Source of the DNA: Hormiphora californensis
Taxonomy: Eukaryota; Animalia; Ctenophora
Assembly (NCBI GenBank): GCA_020137815.1
Contig: CM035351.1
Coordinates: 8,494,001 to 8,558,000 of the forward strand
DNA: 64,000 bases
Direction: 5' to 3'
A program made the translations under genes and the position numbers. Shown piece by piece: positions 28,501-40,311 of the stretch. How positions within the stretch are numbered: position 1 is the first letter of the stretch; each line of letters starts with the position of its first letter. The notes below the pieces were generated by a model. The model searched no databases. It was not told the DNA's origin and saw only the letters and a program-made list of their open reading frames with translations.

Positions 28501-29830
28501 AGATCTTGTAATCCTGGAGAGGGCCAATACACGCCTCGATCGTTCCAAACTCAGAGTCCACAGCAAGGAGAACCATCATGAAAAAGAAGGCAGCAGCCCA
28601 TAGTTGGGGTAGTTTCATCTCTGCAACGGCGGTTGTGTACGCGATGAATGCCAGACCAGGTCCACTCTGAACATCCTCAACTGCGATCCCAATAGTCTCC
28701 TCTCGGAATCCTAGCACGGAGTAAACCACCACCCCCGCAAACACACTCGTTCCACAGTTAATACACGAGATTACGATAGCATCACGAGCACAATTGTTTT
28801 TAACAGGATTGTACGACCCGAAACAGATGAGAGCTCCGAAACCGACACTCAGACTGTAGAAGATCTGACCTGCGGCATCCATCCACACAATGGGGTCCAG
28901 GAGACGTCCAAAATCAGGGGTGAAGAAGACAGCAATGCCAGTTAGGGCACCCTTCAGGGTGACTCCCCTCACAAAGAGACATATCAGAACGAAGTAGGGG
29001 AAGGTTGCAGTGAAGTAGGCTGCTTTTCCACTCGATTTAATTCCCTTGAACAGACATAGGTAGGTAAATACCCAGCCAATACACCAGCATATTGTGAGTC
29101 CTGGTACAAAGCTGCCCGCCGTTTCGATCCGTGATGACGCCTGAAGTGTCTCTTGGTACCAGTAGTAAGCAGTCGAGTCCTCCTGACAGCAAATACTAGC
29201 ATTAGCCGTGCAATTAGTCCAGGGCAGTGGGTTGGAGAAGGACAGATAAAAGTAGTACATGCACCAGGTCATGACCATGGGAAAGTAGGCCGTCATCTGG
29301 AAGCTCACAATCAGTTGCCCCACCCCGATACCAAACAGATGGGGGTTGATGTTCGACCAGATCTTCAGGAAGCCCTTCTGCATTCGCTGTCCCAGAGCCA
29401 GTTCAAGATAAAACAATGGTAACCCCTCAACTAGCAACATTATCCCGTAGGGGATCAGGAAGGCTCCACCACCGTTTTTCTGTGCCAGATAGGGGAATCT
29501 CCACACGTTTCCTGTCCCCACGGCCAGACCGATTGATGCCAACAGGAACTCCCAATGGTTTCCCCATCTTTCTCGTTTCTGAGAGGATTGGGAGGTTGGT
29601 GAAGGGGCTGATGGTGACACTTTACCAGACATGTTACACACACAGAGAAAGTGTGACAGGAAGAGCAGAATATAGTTTTACCTGGGTTTGATGTTCAGCC
29701 TCTACAGGTTGATATTTGTTCCCGCGTTGCGGTGCGGGTACCGCGTTAGTCATTTCCATGGCAATATACTTATTGGATTAAGGGCGGTTTTAAACTAAGC
29801 GAGTGAGAGAGAGAGAAAGAGAGAGAAAAA

Positions 29831-29894
<64 letters not shown>

Positions 29895-32676
29895 GTTGTG
29901 AAAACATCTGCTAATCTGCTTGAGTAATGAATGCCACAAAGAAGACATTAAGACATGGAGAGATTGCAATCAATCATAACTAGGATAGAGAGAAAAAGAG
30001 AGGATATAGTGACTAGACGTGACTAGACGCGGGCAGTGTATTTAGGTCATTTGCGTGCTGCAAACACATTTATTGTGCTACTGAAGGGTAATTCGGTTAT
30101 ACGTTTGTCATACTGCTACCAAGATGTGTGCAGCTGCAGTAGGCGGGGGTGGCTCACAACTACAGGGCAGCAAAACAAACGTGTCAGAAATAGGTGCAGC
30201 CCCGTGAGAATTATGGAGGAGCATGAAGAGGGCCCCACCCCTGAAACACAATTACAAACTGATTGGGTGGGTAATTGGGTACACCATAACTAATAAGGGT
30301 GGAAAACAATTTCAGCTTTCAATTAGTATACTTCCGTTGCAACCCAGAGGGTAGCAACACAATTTACACTTTCGCCACCACGATGCAGTGCAATTCTGCA
30401 GTAGGTTGGTTTCTCTCTCCAAGTCCACAGTGTGGACTCCACACTGAAACATAGTTACCCGGGCTGGAGTACACAATTAACAATGACTAGGTTTATAATG
30501 CACGTTCAGTAGCTGTAGACGGGGTGGAACATCAAGCTAGGCTAGGTATAGGGATTGCTAAGTACAATAACTAGTAGTTTATTGTGTGGCTCACACCGTC
30601 ATTTCATTTCGATTTCATAAAGCCCGCTCTGTAAGGGTTCGGTGGATCAAGCAGTGCACGTTCAGTAGTAGACAGAATACAGTAGACCAACAAACTAAAG
30701 GGAAAGTACAATGCATAGAGGGACTTTAAAACCGTGCATAGGTATTAGCGTGGGAGAGAGCTACAAATAGGGCAAACAGAAAATAGAGAGAGAGGGGGAG
30801 TTAGAGAGGGAGAGAGGGAATGAGAGAGTGTATGTCTGGGAAACGAGGAAGTATGTATGTTATGGTCTTCATAACCCTGAATAGTGTTTACCAAATACTA
30901 TAAAATCAGTGAGTGTTCTGTTAGCAGGACAGAGGCAGTACAGGCATTAGTCATAACAAAAAATAAGGGACTGTTCTATGCCCACATTGAGCAGTGGCCA
31001 GTGTACACTGTACACTGTACAGTTTTACACCTGTCCTAGGCCAATGCTCTGACCACAGTTCTCACGCATGAAATGAGAAAAGGGTCAGGCCAATGCTCTG
31101 ACAGGGCCAAACACAAACAACAAAGGGGCCCTAGGGGGGAACTGAAATTATTTCAGGGATAGTTAGGGGCGCTAGACTATGAGGGGGGATAATCATAAAC
31201 GTGACACAGAAAATGACATGAGAGAATGTAAACCCTATAGGAAGATGATTGTTGCTTGCTAATAGATTTCCCTGGTCCCCCTCTTTCCCTCTCTCTCTCT
31301 CTCTCTTTCCCTCTCAGTATCCCTCTCGCTACCAGTTCACCGTGTTTATTTACCCTTTGATTTGCTAAAAAAAAGTAAACAATCCAAATGTCCAATGACA
31401 TCCCGTACAAGTACAATTACATATACTATTATAGACTATAGTAGAACTGGGACGATTGCAAATCGAGGGATCTGCAGATGCGAAAAAATAGAGAGACAGA
31501 TATCTGTCTCTCTATTTTATCGCATCTCTTTTCTCTCACACATTATTATGCGAAAGCGGACGAAAGAATCTGTCTTTCTCTCACTATCTTTCTCTCACTA
31601 TCTTTCTCTCACTATCTTTCTCTCTCACCATCCAAAGGAATGTGGTAAGGTGTCACATGTTCGCCCCACTACCACCTCTAGCTCTCTTCACCCTCGCTTC
31701 CACATTAATAGTGTGCCCCCCTGACCCCCCCATTGTCTCCCTAGGCTACACATAACGCCCCCTCTCGTCTTCTAGGTGTGCCAGTTACCTACACAGATAT
31801 CTTGGTTGAGGGTGCCCCCTGTCAGCCCGTTCCTGAACCTGAATACTGGAAACCAGAACCGTGGGAATTCAATCAGGATGGCGCTCGTATCGAGGCTGCC
31901 TTTAAAAAGTAAGGATATGTGGGTATTGTTAATATTTTAGTTTAAACATCTGTTTAAACATACAGTAGAGAGATTTGGTAATCGAATGTCCTAATCCTAA
32001 GAAATTTTCTTTCGTGGTGTAGCTTAGATTATTCGATTATCAGGCACCAGTTAGAGATTCCCAGGCATCAGTTCCCACGCTCGGCAGTTGCCAAGGTCGG
32101 CAAGCAAGTGAGTGCTGACGTGTGCGTTAGCTCCACTTTCCATACAATTTACGTCACGCGCAGCAGTGTCACATGGTTCCCACAGAACCATCTGCACATG
32201 ATGGCCGGGTATGCAGGAACGCGCCGTGCCCTGATATCAGGGAGCGTCCCCCTGATATCAGGGGGACGCTGGTGTAACTGGTGTGTTAGATCTAAAGATG
32301 TAAACCAATTTATATTAAACTTCAAAGCGATTTATCTGAATCAAATGTGATTACTAAATCTCATTGAAGTTGTCCAAATAAAATACAATATTTCACTTTG
32401 TGCAACTGGTTGCTAAACTCCCCACTTGTTCCAGGTACGTCCACAGAGCCCACCCTTCCCAGAAGGAGGATAGTCACGAGGTAATAGTGTGCCATGGAAA
32501 TGTTATCCGATATATCGTGTGTAGAGCACTACAATTCGACCCCGAGGGATGGTTGAGGATGTCGCTAGCTAACTGCAGCGTCACCCATATCACCATCAGA
32601 CCCAATGGAAATGTTGGGCTTGAGGGGACTGGGAGAAAAGGGTCATCTAACCCCTGATAAGATGACTTACAACTAG
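24346..32676 (+). CDS. PGAM5: Mitochondrial Ser/Thr protein phosphatase PGAM5
   Basis: Exons 24346-24537, 24947-25046, 26204-26344, 31776-31908, 32435-32676. N-terminal anchor, WDSNWD motif, [48 protein letters not shown]...GWLR. One extra G near 32615-32628; removing it gives [18 protein letters not shown]. Confidence 0.95.
25505..26057. mobile_element. Foldback-like element with (TTTTTGAT)n/(ATCAAAAA)n palindromic core
   Basis: Termini polyG-TGCAGCCC-A-run / T-run-GGGCTGCA-polyC; the internal satellite switches orientation at about 25795; in PGAM5 intron 2. Confidence 0.75.
26366..26624. mobile_element. MITE with about 58-bp TIRs, TTAA-flanked
   Basis: TTAA|GCCAAAAACTAATTGGAATTAGTTGGCGGGAAAGGTGGCCCACTTACACCTTT ... 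its reverse complement|TTAA; CT-rich core. Confidence 0.85.
27989..29632 (-). CDS. SLC6 sodium:neurotransmitter/amino-acid symporter, intronless, nested in PGAM5 intron 3
   Basis: About 547 aa from ATG 29632: RERW...[82 protein letters not shown]; 12 hydrophobic segments. Confidence 0.96.
   Translation of the reverse strand: MSGKVSPSAPSPTSQSSQKRERWGNHWEFLLASIGLAVGTGNVWRFPYLAQKNGGGAFLIPYGIMLLVEGLPLFYLELALGQRMQKGFLKIWSNINPHLFGIGVGQLIVSFQMTAYFPMVMTWCMYYFYLSFSNPLPWTNCTANASICCQEDSTAYYWYQETLQASSRIETAGSFVPGLTICWCIGWVFTYLCLFKGIKSSGKAAYFTATFPYFVLICLFVRGVTLKGALTGIAVFFTPDFGRLLDPIVWMDAAGQIFYSLSVGFGALICFGSYNPVKNNCARDAIVISCINCGTSVFAGVVVYSVLGFREETIGIAVEDVQSGPGLAFIAYTTAVAEMKLPQLWAAAFFFMMVLLAVDSEFGTIEACIGPLQDYKIFKKIRKELLCLIVCCILCVLGLPMCTQGGLYVFSIYDTFSVAIPLLFIGIAQCLAVSWIYGLERFNDDIEYMTGSKPHIYWQLCWKYISPILISVILLASIVKQCLSPAGYTAYVGCVEDPNTPGIPGNETWTEDVAYPGWGQAVGAFLVMFPVLPMPICAAYHFWMQRR
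32045..32283. mobile_element. Short CAC-ended TIR element with internal perfect palindrome
   Basis: CACCAGTTA...TAACTGGTG ends; AGCGTCCCCCTGATATCAGGGGGACGCT palindrome at 32243-32270. Confidence 0.5.
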
Positions 32677-33227
32677 AGATTAGAGAGACACTCTCAGTTG
32701 CATCATACAGTGTTTTATTTGGACTTTTTTTTGTTACTTTGTCACATATCTTGGTTGTATTTGTCACGTATTTCATGTTGTGCCACGAGTGAGGAAAAAA
32801 GAAGAAAAAAAGAGAGGGGATGAGAGAGAAACTAATGTATGGGAGTTATTTGTGTGATATGTACTGTTTTCTTTACTTTTAACACCGTTATATCTGCATC
32901 AAATCAATGAAAGAGATCTTGGACTCAGATAAATTTTGATGAATAGGTAATTCAGAGTCTGGCGCCGCAGACCCCATCTGAGCGATTTGAGAGTCAAATC
33001 GGGGTCTGGCGCCGCCAGCCATTTCCTGACGAAACAAACATTGTGAACCAAAATTATTGATAGAGTCCAAGATCTCAGGTTGTAACGGAAAAACAAACAA
33101 CGATATAATGGAGAAATAAACACATGTTCAACATACTGTACACTCATAGCAACACACGCACCATACACTCAGTGATATACATTCTCTCCGATCAGATATT
33201 GTCCTAAAAACCAAGTCCTGAAGGTAT

Positions 33228-35987
33228 TCACCAGTTTCGCTCATCAAAGAAGTCCACCTGTTTAGGCTCGAAGTTCGTCCGGAATTCCTGGTCGAAGAGA
33301 GACAGGTCTTGGCCATCTCGGAACACACCCTGAAACAGTGCTTTAGTTAGAGAATGGGTATTTCACTAGTTCAACAGCGGGGGTTCTCAAGCCCTCATTC
33401 ACAACGGCCACGGTATTATCGACTCTTCCCATCTCTAGACCCTCATTTCTAGGCGAAATAGGAGGAGAGGGCTACTAGCTAAACTCTCCCATAAGGGACA
33501 AGTTGTTTGCTCCACACATCTTCATATTGATATACTAAAAAAGCCGTTACCTTTGGCATGAAACCAAGAAGTTTGGTAGCGTGCTCCTGAAGAAGCTTCT
33601 GTCTCTCTTCCTCAATGATCTTCTGCCTATTTCGCTGTCTCTCATTCTCCTCATCTATCTCTCTCATCTCATTGGCCTTCTCAGCCTCGAACTGCTTTCT
33701 TCGATCGTCAATAAGCGCCTCCACTGCTCGTCTGTGCTCTAACTGTTTCATTCTTCGTTTCTGAGCATTCATCTGTTCGATCTTGTCATCACTTGCAAAC
33801 TTGGCCAGCATCTGGGAAGAGGTTGGTATTGGTACACGGAGAATTACAATGTGTGAAAAATTTTAATTCAGGGTCACCGATTCAAATAAAAACACCGCTA
33901 ATTTCGTCAAAATGAATGTTACCTCCTGTCTGAAGTTCTCGTCTTCCTGCCTCTCTGCCTGTTGTTTTGCCGCCTTGATATGCAGCTGCTGTCGCTCCAC
34001 CTCTTGCAGCTCCAGGCGAGTTCTAATTCGCTTTTCCTGCTCCGCCTGCAACATGTGTTTTGGTTTGAGTTTGTGTCTACACAGGGACGTTGCTAGTGGA
34101 AACAACGAAAATAGTGTCTACGTGCAATTGCTGAAATGGTCCACTTTTTATATATCGACCGCGCCGCGCGTGACTTACCAGTTCGCGAAGTCGGTTTCTC
34201 TCCTCCTCTTCTTCCCAAGCAAGCTCGTCTCTGATCCTAAAAAGGCAGAGTGTGTGTAAGAGGCCATTACTTGAATGACGTCAGTAGATGAGAAAGTGGT
34301 AACTTGAACAAGGGCAAGGGTGTCGGTAACTTTGGGAGTTGGGACGGTCTGAATTTTAACTTACTGCTGAAGCTCTGCTGCATTTTCATTTTGTTGGGCA
34401 AGTCGGCTGGCAAGTTGGTTCCTAACTTGATCCTTCCTCTGTTCCTCCTCCTTTCGCAGTGCCATCCTGTCCGATTCTCTGGTTTGCTGCTGTTCCGCAA
34501 ACTCAAGGATTCGCCTGTTCTCCTCGGCCATCTGGAGCTGCTCACTTTCCTTCCACATTGTGCGAGCCTTCTTGAACTCTTCGATGTAGGCACGCGTCTA
34601 GTGAAGGGGAGGAAGTGGTGAAATAACAACTCGATACGTTGGGGCAACCCAACTAATTTATACCTTTTCAATCGTGTGATAATAACAAAACTAAGTCACA
34701 AAAGGAAAAAAACCTCACGGATTACCTGTTGTTGTTTTTTAAGTCTATCCTCAGCCTCCCTCAGATCTTCATCATAGATCTTCCTCACTATTTCATCAAT
34801 CAGGAGCTTCTCTTTCAGGAATTCCTCGTATGCAGCTCGTTTCGCGTCCTCTTGCTCTGTCAACTGATACTCAAGCTGCTGTTGATACATCTTGCTCGAT
34901 TCCCATCTAGCGGAGGAGGGGGGTCAGTTAGGGGTAGGGCGTTTAGTTTGGTATCGAAGACACCTCACACTCTGGGCGACCTTCGCGCGCGCTGGCAAGG
35001 GGTAATTTCGTAACCAAGCGTTTAGTTGGGGTGTTAGGGGTAGATCATGTAGGTGGGTGGGGTAGATCATGTAGGGGTAATGATGTGAGAAAGAGTTTAT
35101 TCAAAAGACACATAAAGGTAGCTTACTTGAGTTTCTCTGACTCGAGTTCCAGTTCTTGGGCTCTGTTCCACTCGTCTTGCAGGGTCTTGGCTAGCTGCTC
35201 TTCGTAGTACTGATAACAGGGAGATTGTACACGTCATAGTTTGATACCCGTACGATCAATTATAACAGTCTAGAACAATCTATTATATTCCCCCAGCCGG
35301 GAGGGCTTTGGGGGACATCCCCGCCTTCCCCGGTGGTACAAGGGAGGAGGTGTTACAATGCCGTGAGAATCTAAGTGGCAACTACCTTTTCTTCTTGCCT
35401 CCTTGCCTCCTTTTCAGCAAGTTGTGCAGCACGCTCCTTATTCATGTATCCTGCCCGCAGTTTTGCTTCCAGCTCCCTAATCTCATAACTCGTCTCACGG
35501 ATCTGCTGTCGGAGTTTGCTGTCCTGCATGTCCTGTGCTCGTAGCCGGGCCATCTCCTGAGTCAGACTCTCCTCCTGCTTGATCTGTTCCTCCCTCGTCT
35601 CCTTGTCTTGCTTGGACTGAAACAGAAGGGGTGTAATGAGACTGGCACAAAATGAATGGTACGATATACTGATAGATTACTGCTAGTAATTACTAGTAAC
35701 TACTAATATTAGTAACAACTAATGTACACACTACACATTGTATAACTATGTGCCCTCACCTGCTCAAGTGCCTTATCCATTTCAATCTCCTGCGCTTCAC
35801 GCTGCAATTTTCGTAGTAAAATCTTGTTCTGCACATTGTCCTCTGCCATAATGTTTGCAGTTATTCGTGCCTCTGTCTTCAGCATATTCTTGTTGTCCTC
35901 TACGAACTCCTCCCTACGTCGGTTCTCTGCCCTCAATTTCTCCTGTTGAGCGTGACTCCACTTGGAGCGGCGTAACATAGCGGACAT
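33228..35987 (-). CDS. MNS1: Meiosis-specific nuclear structural protein 1 (ciliary microtubule inner protein)
   Basis: Multi-exon coiled-coil gene with QQIRETSYEIRELEAKLRAGYMNKERAAQ, AYEEFLKEKLLIDEIVRKIY, MLAKFASDDKIEQMNAQKRRMKQLEH, LLGFMPK|GVF; stop at 33228. Confidence 0.93.
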
Positions 35988-36519
35988 TCTGGCTACTGAT
36001 ACTGAGTAGAGGTTATTTGATGAATCACTGGCGAAATATGTGTTGTGCAATGATAATTTCATACCCACGGTAATAACCCATAGTTACAGTCGCGGGGGTC
36101 GCGCCAGGTGTCTATGTCACCAAAGTTACAGTCAGACCAAGATTTACCGGCCCCAGATTTGTTATCCTTTTTTCGATACCTCCCACTTCCGATCCCATCC
36201 CAATCGTGTCATGTGTCGGTTGATCATAGCCACGCGTATCACATAACACACATCGCACAATAGCATGTTATTGTTAGTAAGCAGATCACGCATCACAGCA
36301 CGATATGTGACCCACTTCCAATCTACAACTCACAGCTTCTGCGTTATACTGTTATAGGAAACCCTGTCAACCATTCTCATCTCTCCCTACACCATGGATG
36401 AGGGAGAGAGGAGAGTGGGTGACAGGGTGATAGGAGATATGATAGGATACAAGGGTAGCGAGGGTATAAAGGGTGAATATTGGACCCTTGCTAATCATCT
36501 CACATCTACAACAACAACT

Positions 36520-38419
36520 GTCTACTACTAAATCTGTTGACCATGTCCTCATTCGACAACTATCCTCCACGAGCTCTACCTTCTAGCCCAACAAACCCAT
36601 ACACCCTGCTATCAGAAGCTCTCTCCCACTCCATTTTACCAGAACTCCTCTCCTACTCCCTACCAGAAACCACCCCCCTTCCTGGTACCACAGCAGCAGC
36701 AGCATTCCTCTCTGGCCGCACGGAGGCGAGTTAGATCAGCGGAACCCTACCTCTCTCCTTCATACCTTTCTCGACACCATCATCAAGTCCCCACTGTCCT
36801 ACCGCTGCTATATTATCCTTCCTACACCGCCATCCCAGGACCCTATACTGCTGCCCCGTACAACAGCCCTCCATCATGGACAACTACCGACCCTGTCCAC
36901 AACCTACACCACTGCCAGACCCTAATCTACCTTCCTGTCACACTTCTGGACACCCCGGCCACCTACATTCGGGGACACAAACCAACTCCCTGACTGTCAG
37001 AAACCCCCCAATTCCAACAATCCAAAGATGAACTTATTAGCAAAGATGAAATGGCCAACTTTATCCTTGAAACAGGTAACAAAATCTGAAATTCCCTAAA
37101 ACTATCTGTTTCCATGCCTAGTTTGAAGTTCCCTAAAACTATCCCATCTCTCGCGACGAAATAAACACTTTTGTTCTCGGTTCCAAATTCACATCACCCG
37201 AAACGAACCCTCTCCGTGTCTTGTTCAGACTCTCTTCAGTCTTGCACGAACAATACAACCCTCTCCCTATCTCTCTCACTTTCCTTTTCACGACATCTCT
37301 CTTGTCTCTCGTTCTCTTTCTTTTTGACTCTTTCTGGTAGAAAGTTTCACGTAGAAGACGCCTCCCTTTCTACTCTCTTTCATTATGCTCCATGCAACAC
37401 CCACATTGATATAGTTTGTTTTGTTTGTCCTTTTCCTGTTTAGATTGCCACAGATGTGTGAATCCAATACCCAATCGATGGATGGTCGGTCACTTGAAAG
37501 ACCTCCAGACATCATCCTCTGTTTGGCAACGACACTTCTTTATCACACACACCTTGCTTGACTACTATTCCGTGATGGCGGAGGTCACATCACAGATCAA
37601 AATAAACCCAGCGTGTTGCTTCCACAAATGCTGGATCCGCCATGCCACTGCTACCGGGGGGGGGGGGGTTCAGGATAAATGGTTCGGACGTATATGCCAC
37701 TTAAGGGGGTGGGTGTTTTTTCAAAATTGCCACTTAGTGTTTTTCGCTAAATGGTCATTTTTTGGCCAAATTTGGTCAATTTTCGGCCAAATTTGGTCAA
37801 TTTTCGCTAAAAATTGAGATTGTTCGAGGTGGACCTGAAAAATTTTCAATTTTCAAAATTTCAATTTCAATTTTCTCGCGCGAAAAATTTTTCCTGGAAA
37901 TTTTTTGGTTTTGTTCCCAGAAAACAGCCTAAATTTTGCCATTTTTTGGGCAAAAAAGCTAGTTTTTCGGTAAATTTTGGGGGTTTAGGGGTCTATTTGG
38001 GGTTTGACCACTAAAAAAACTGATTAAGTGGTCAATTTTAGGGGGTGGGGGGGTCCTTTTGGATTTTGACCACTTAAGTAATTTTTAGGCATATACGTCC
38101 GACCCCCCCCCCCCCGCTGCTACTACATTCTTCTCTCCCTTTTCTCTCCCATTCCCATCATGATTACTTCCGCCCTCACTACTGCCACCTCCCCTAGTAC
38201 CTTCCGTGTTACATCTCCCCTGCCTCCTCAGTCCCCTAGTACCAACTACCTTCACACCTCCCCTCCCTTCTCACAGGTCGTGCGGTAACTCTCCGGGGTG
38301 CAAGTGAAATTGATGAAGTAGTGTCCGAGATTTTCAAGTTGGAAGATTCAAACGAGGACGGATTTGTGGACAAGAGCGAGTTTAGTGGACCTAAGAAGGA
38401 CAAACACGAGGAGTTGTAA
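36520..38419 (+). CDS. ER FKBP7/14-like protein (two EF-hands, HEEL retention signal); 5' part garbled
   Basis: Exon end KDELISKDEMANFILET|GT at about 37075; last exon from about 38277, GRAVTLRGASEIDEVVSEIFKLEDSNEDGFVDKSEFSGPKKDKHEEL*. The upstream FKBP domain is only hinted at (KSVDHVLIR), so the start coordinate is approximate. Confidence 0.55.
37655..38116. mobile_element. Non-autonomous element with polyG/polyC termini and 7-bp TSD
   Basis: CTGCTAC duplicated at 37648-37654 and 38117-38123; internal inverted CGGACGTATATGCC / GGCATATACGTCCG. Confidence 0.75.
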
Positions 38420-40311
38420 AGAGAGTAGAATTAGAATAAAACCAGATGGGTGTGATATTGTATTATTTGAATGATGGTTACCCGCCCAACGAGGTAGATC
38501 TGTAGAAAGATACAACAGAGTTGTGGGTAGAAAGTGGGTAGAAACTAGAAACTAGAAAGTGGGTAGAAACTAGAAAGCGGGTAGAAAGTGGCAGTATTTT
38601 TCAGGATATATAGACAGTCGAATCAATGAGAAGTGTAGCGTTGTTACCAACAATATTAGAAGTAGTTATTATTACTATATTCTTTACATTGAAACAGACA
38701 CTGCAGTTTCACTGTGCAGAGTTTCTGAGTGTGTCTAATTGTCAGCGAGAGTGTGTGTCTGAGAGCAGCTGCGGGAGTTTGACTTTTATCTAATTTACTT
38801 TTTGTACTTTTATACATCATGTAAATTGAATTGTTACACTGATATGAAGATAACTTGTCGTATATGAGTATTCCAATTATGTTGGGAGCCACTTCTAGAA
38901 AAGTGCTTAGTGCACCAACTCCAATAAAAAAGTTAATTAATTCGGCAAAACTGGGTGAATAATGTGAGAGTTCCGGACTGCTTTCCTACTACTGCGGGAT
39001 AGTGAAACAAGCAAGGTTGTCTGCATAACTCGATTATAAATTACTGGATTTTCAAGCTGCAACTGAAGCCTGGTGACGTGGAAGCGACTACGTGACCGGG
39101 AACTCCGCTTAGCATTACTTGCTGTAACGCGCGGACAATTATTTGATAGGGAATCGCGCACGACAGTTCCTGCGCACGCGGCCCAAGATTTTACACGTTG
39201 CGCCTGTCACATCAACGAATCCACTGACTTCAATCCAGCTTGTGAGCTTGGATGAATCATGAGCAGATTTGGTAGCCTAGTAGCCGGCCCCTGGGATATT
39301 CATTAAGATGATACTCTGTTCTTCGTAGGACATATTGCGAGGCACAGTGAACTGCGTAGGCATCCATTGGTGACATGGGCACCTGTGTGACCTGTCTCAG
39401 TCTGGTACGGCACCAGTGATGCCTCCAGACCCCATTTGATTATACAGACCTACATTGCACTCAGATCGGGAAGGTGCCGCCAGGCGGCGTGTGTATGTAA
39501 ATTGTGACTGCGTGTGTCGGTAGGCGGTAAATGTTAACCAGATCTGAGAGAATTGAGCTGAGAAGTATTTAAATGGAGCATCGGTCATTGTCCATTGACA
39601 TTCTACACACACTCTCTGTCTCTGTGTCTTTCTCTGGACTCTGTCTCAATCTCTCTGTCTCAGTGTCTCAGGCCAGGTCTCTACCTTTCTCTCTGTCTCT
39701 GTCTCTAGCTCTCTTGTTCAAACCCGCGGAGAGGGAGGGTCGAACTATTATATGATCAACTAGACAAACAAACACAATGACATCATTGCAATGAAATCAA
39801 ATCAATGCATTGATTTCACTTTCAGCGGCATCACGCGCCGACTGAGTCATGGTTGACGCATCGCGCGTTCCAACATAGACATGACAGAACCTCGTGAAAA
39901 CAGTGCATTCACATCTCAGAAAATAAAAGTCAGCTGTCTGTCTGTACTTTGTCTGTCTGTCTGTCTGAATGTATATTTCGCTGTTCCGGTGAATAAAATG
40001 TAACATTTTAGTTCAGCAGGTTGTACCGACAGAACAGTCTGGTAATGCAATTTGTGTACATGTCCGTGATAAAAAGTGAGTAGACAGAATTGAAGAGTCT
40101 AAAATTAACAACTATTGAAAACAATAACATATGCTACAAAAACAATGTAACCTTTATGAAAATTGAAAACAAACAATCTTTACCTACCGGCCGCATGTTA
40201 CACACTCACACAAATGAACACTCAAAATCTTGTTTATTTACACGCGGTACACACACATACTAAATAACCATGATCAAAGTCTGTTTCCGCTCATTAACGG
40301 TTCATTTTTAG

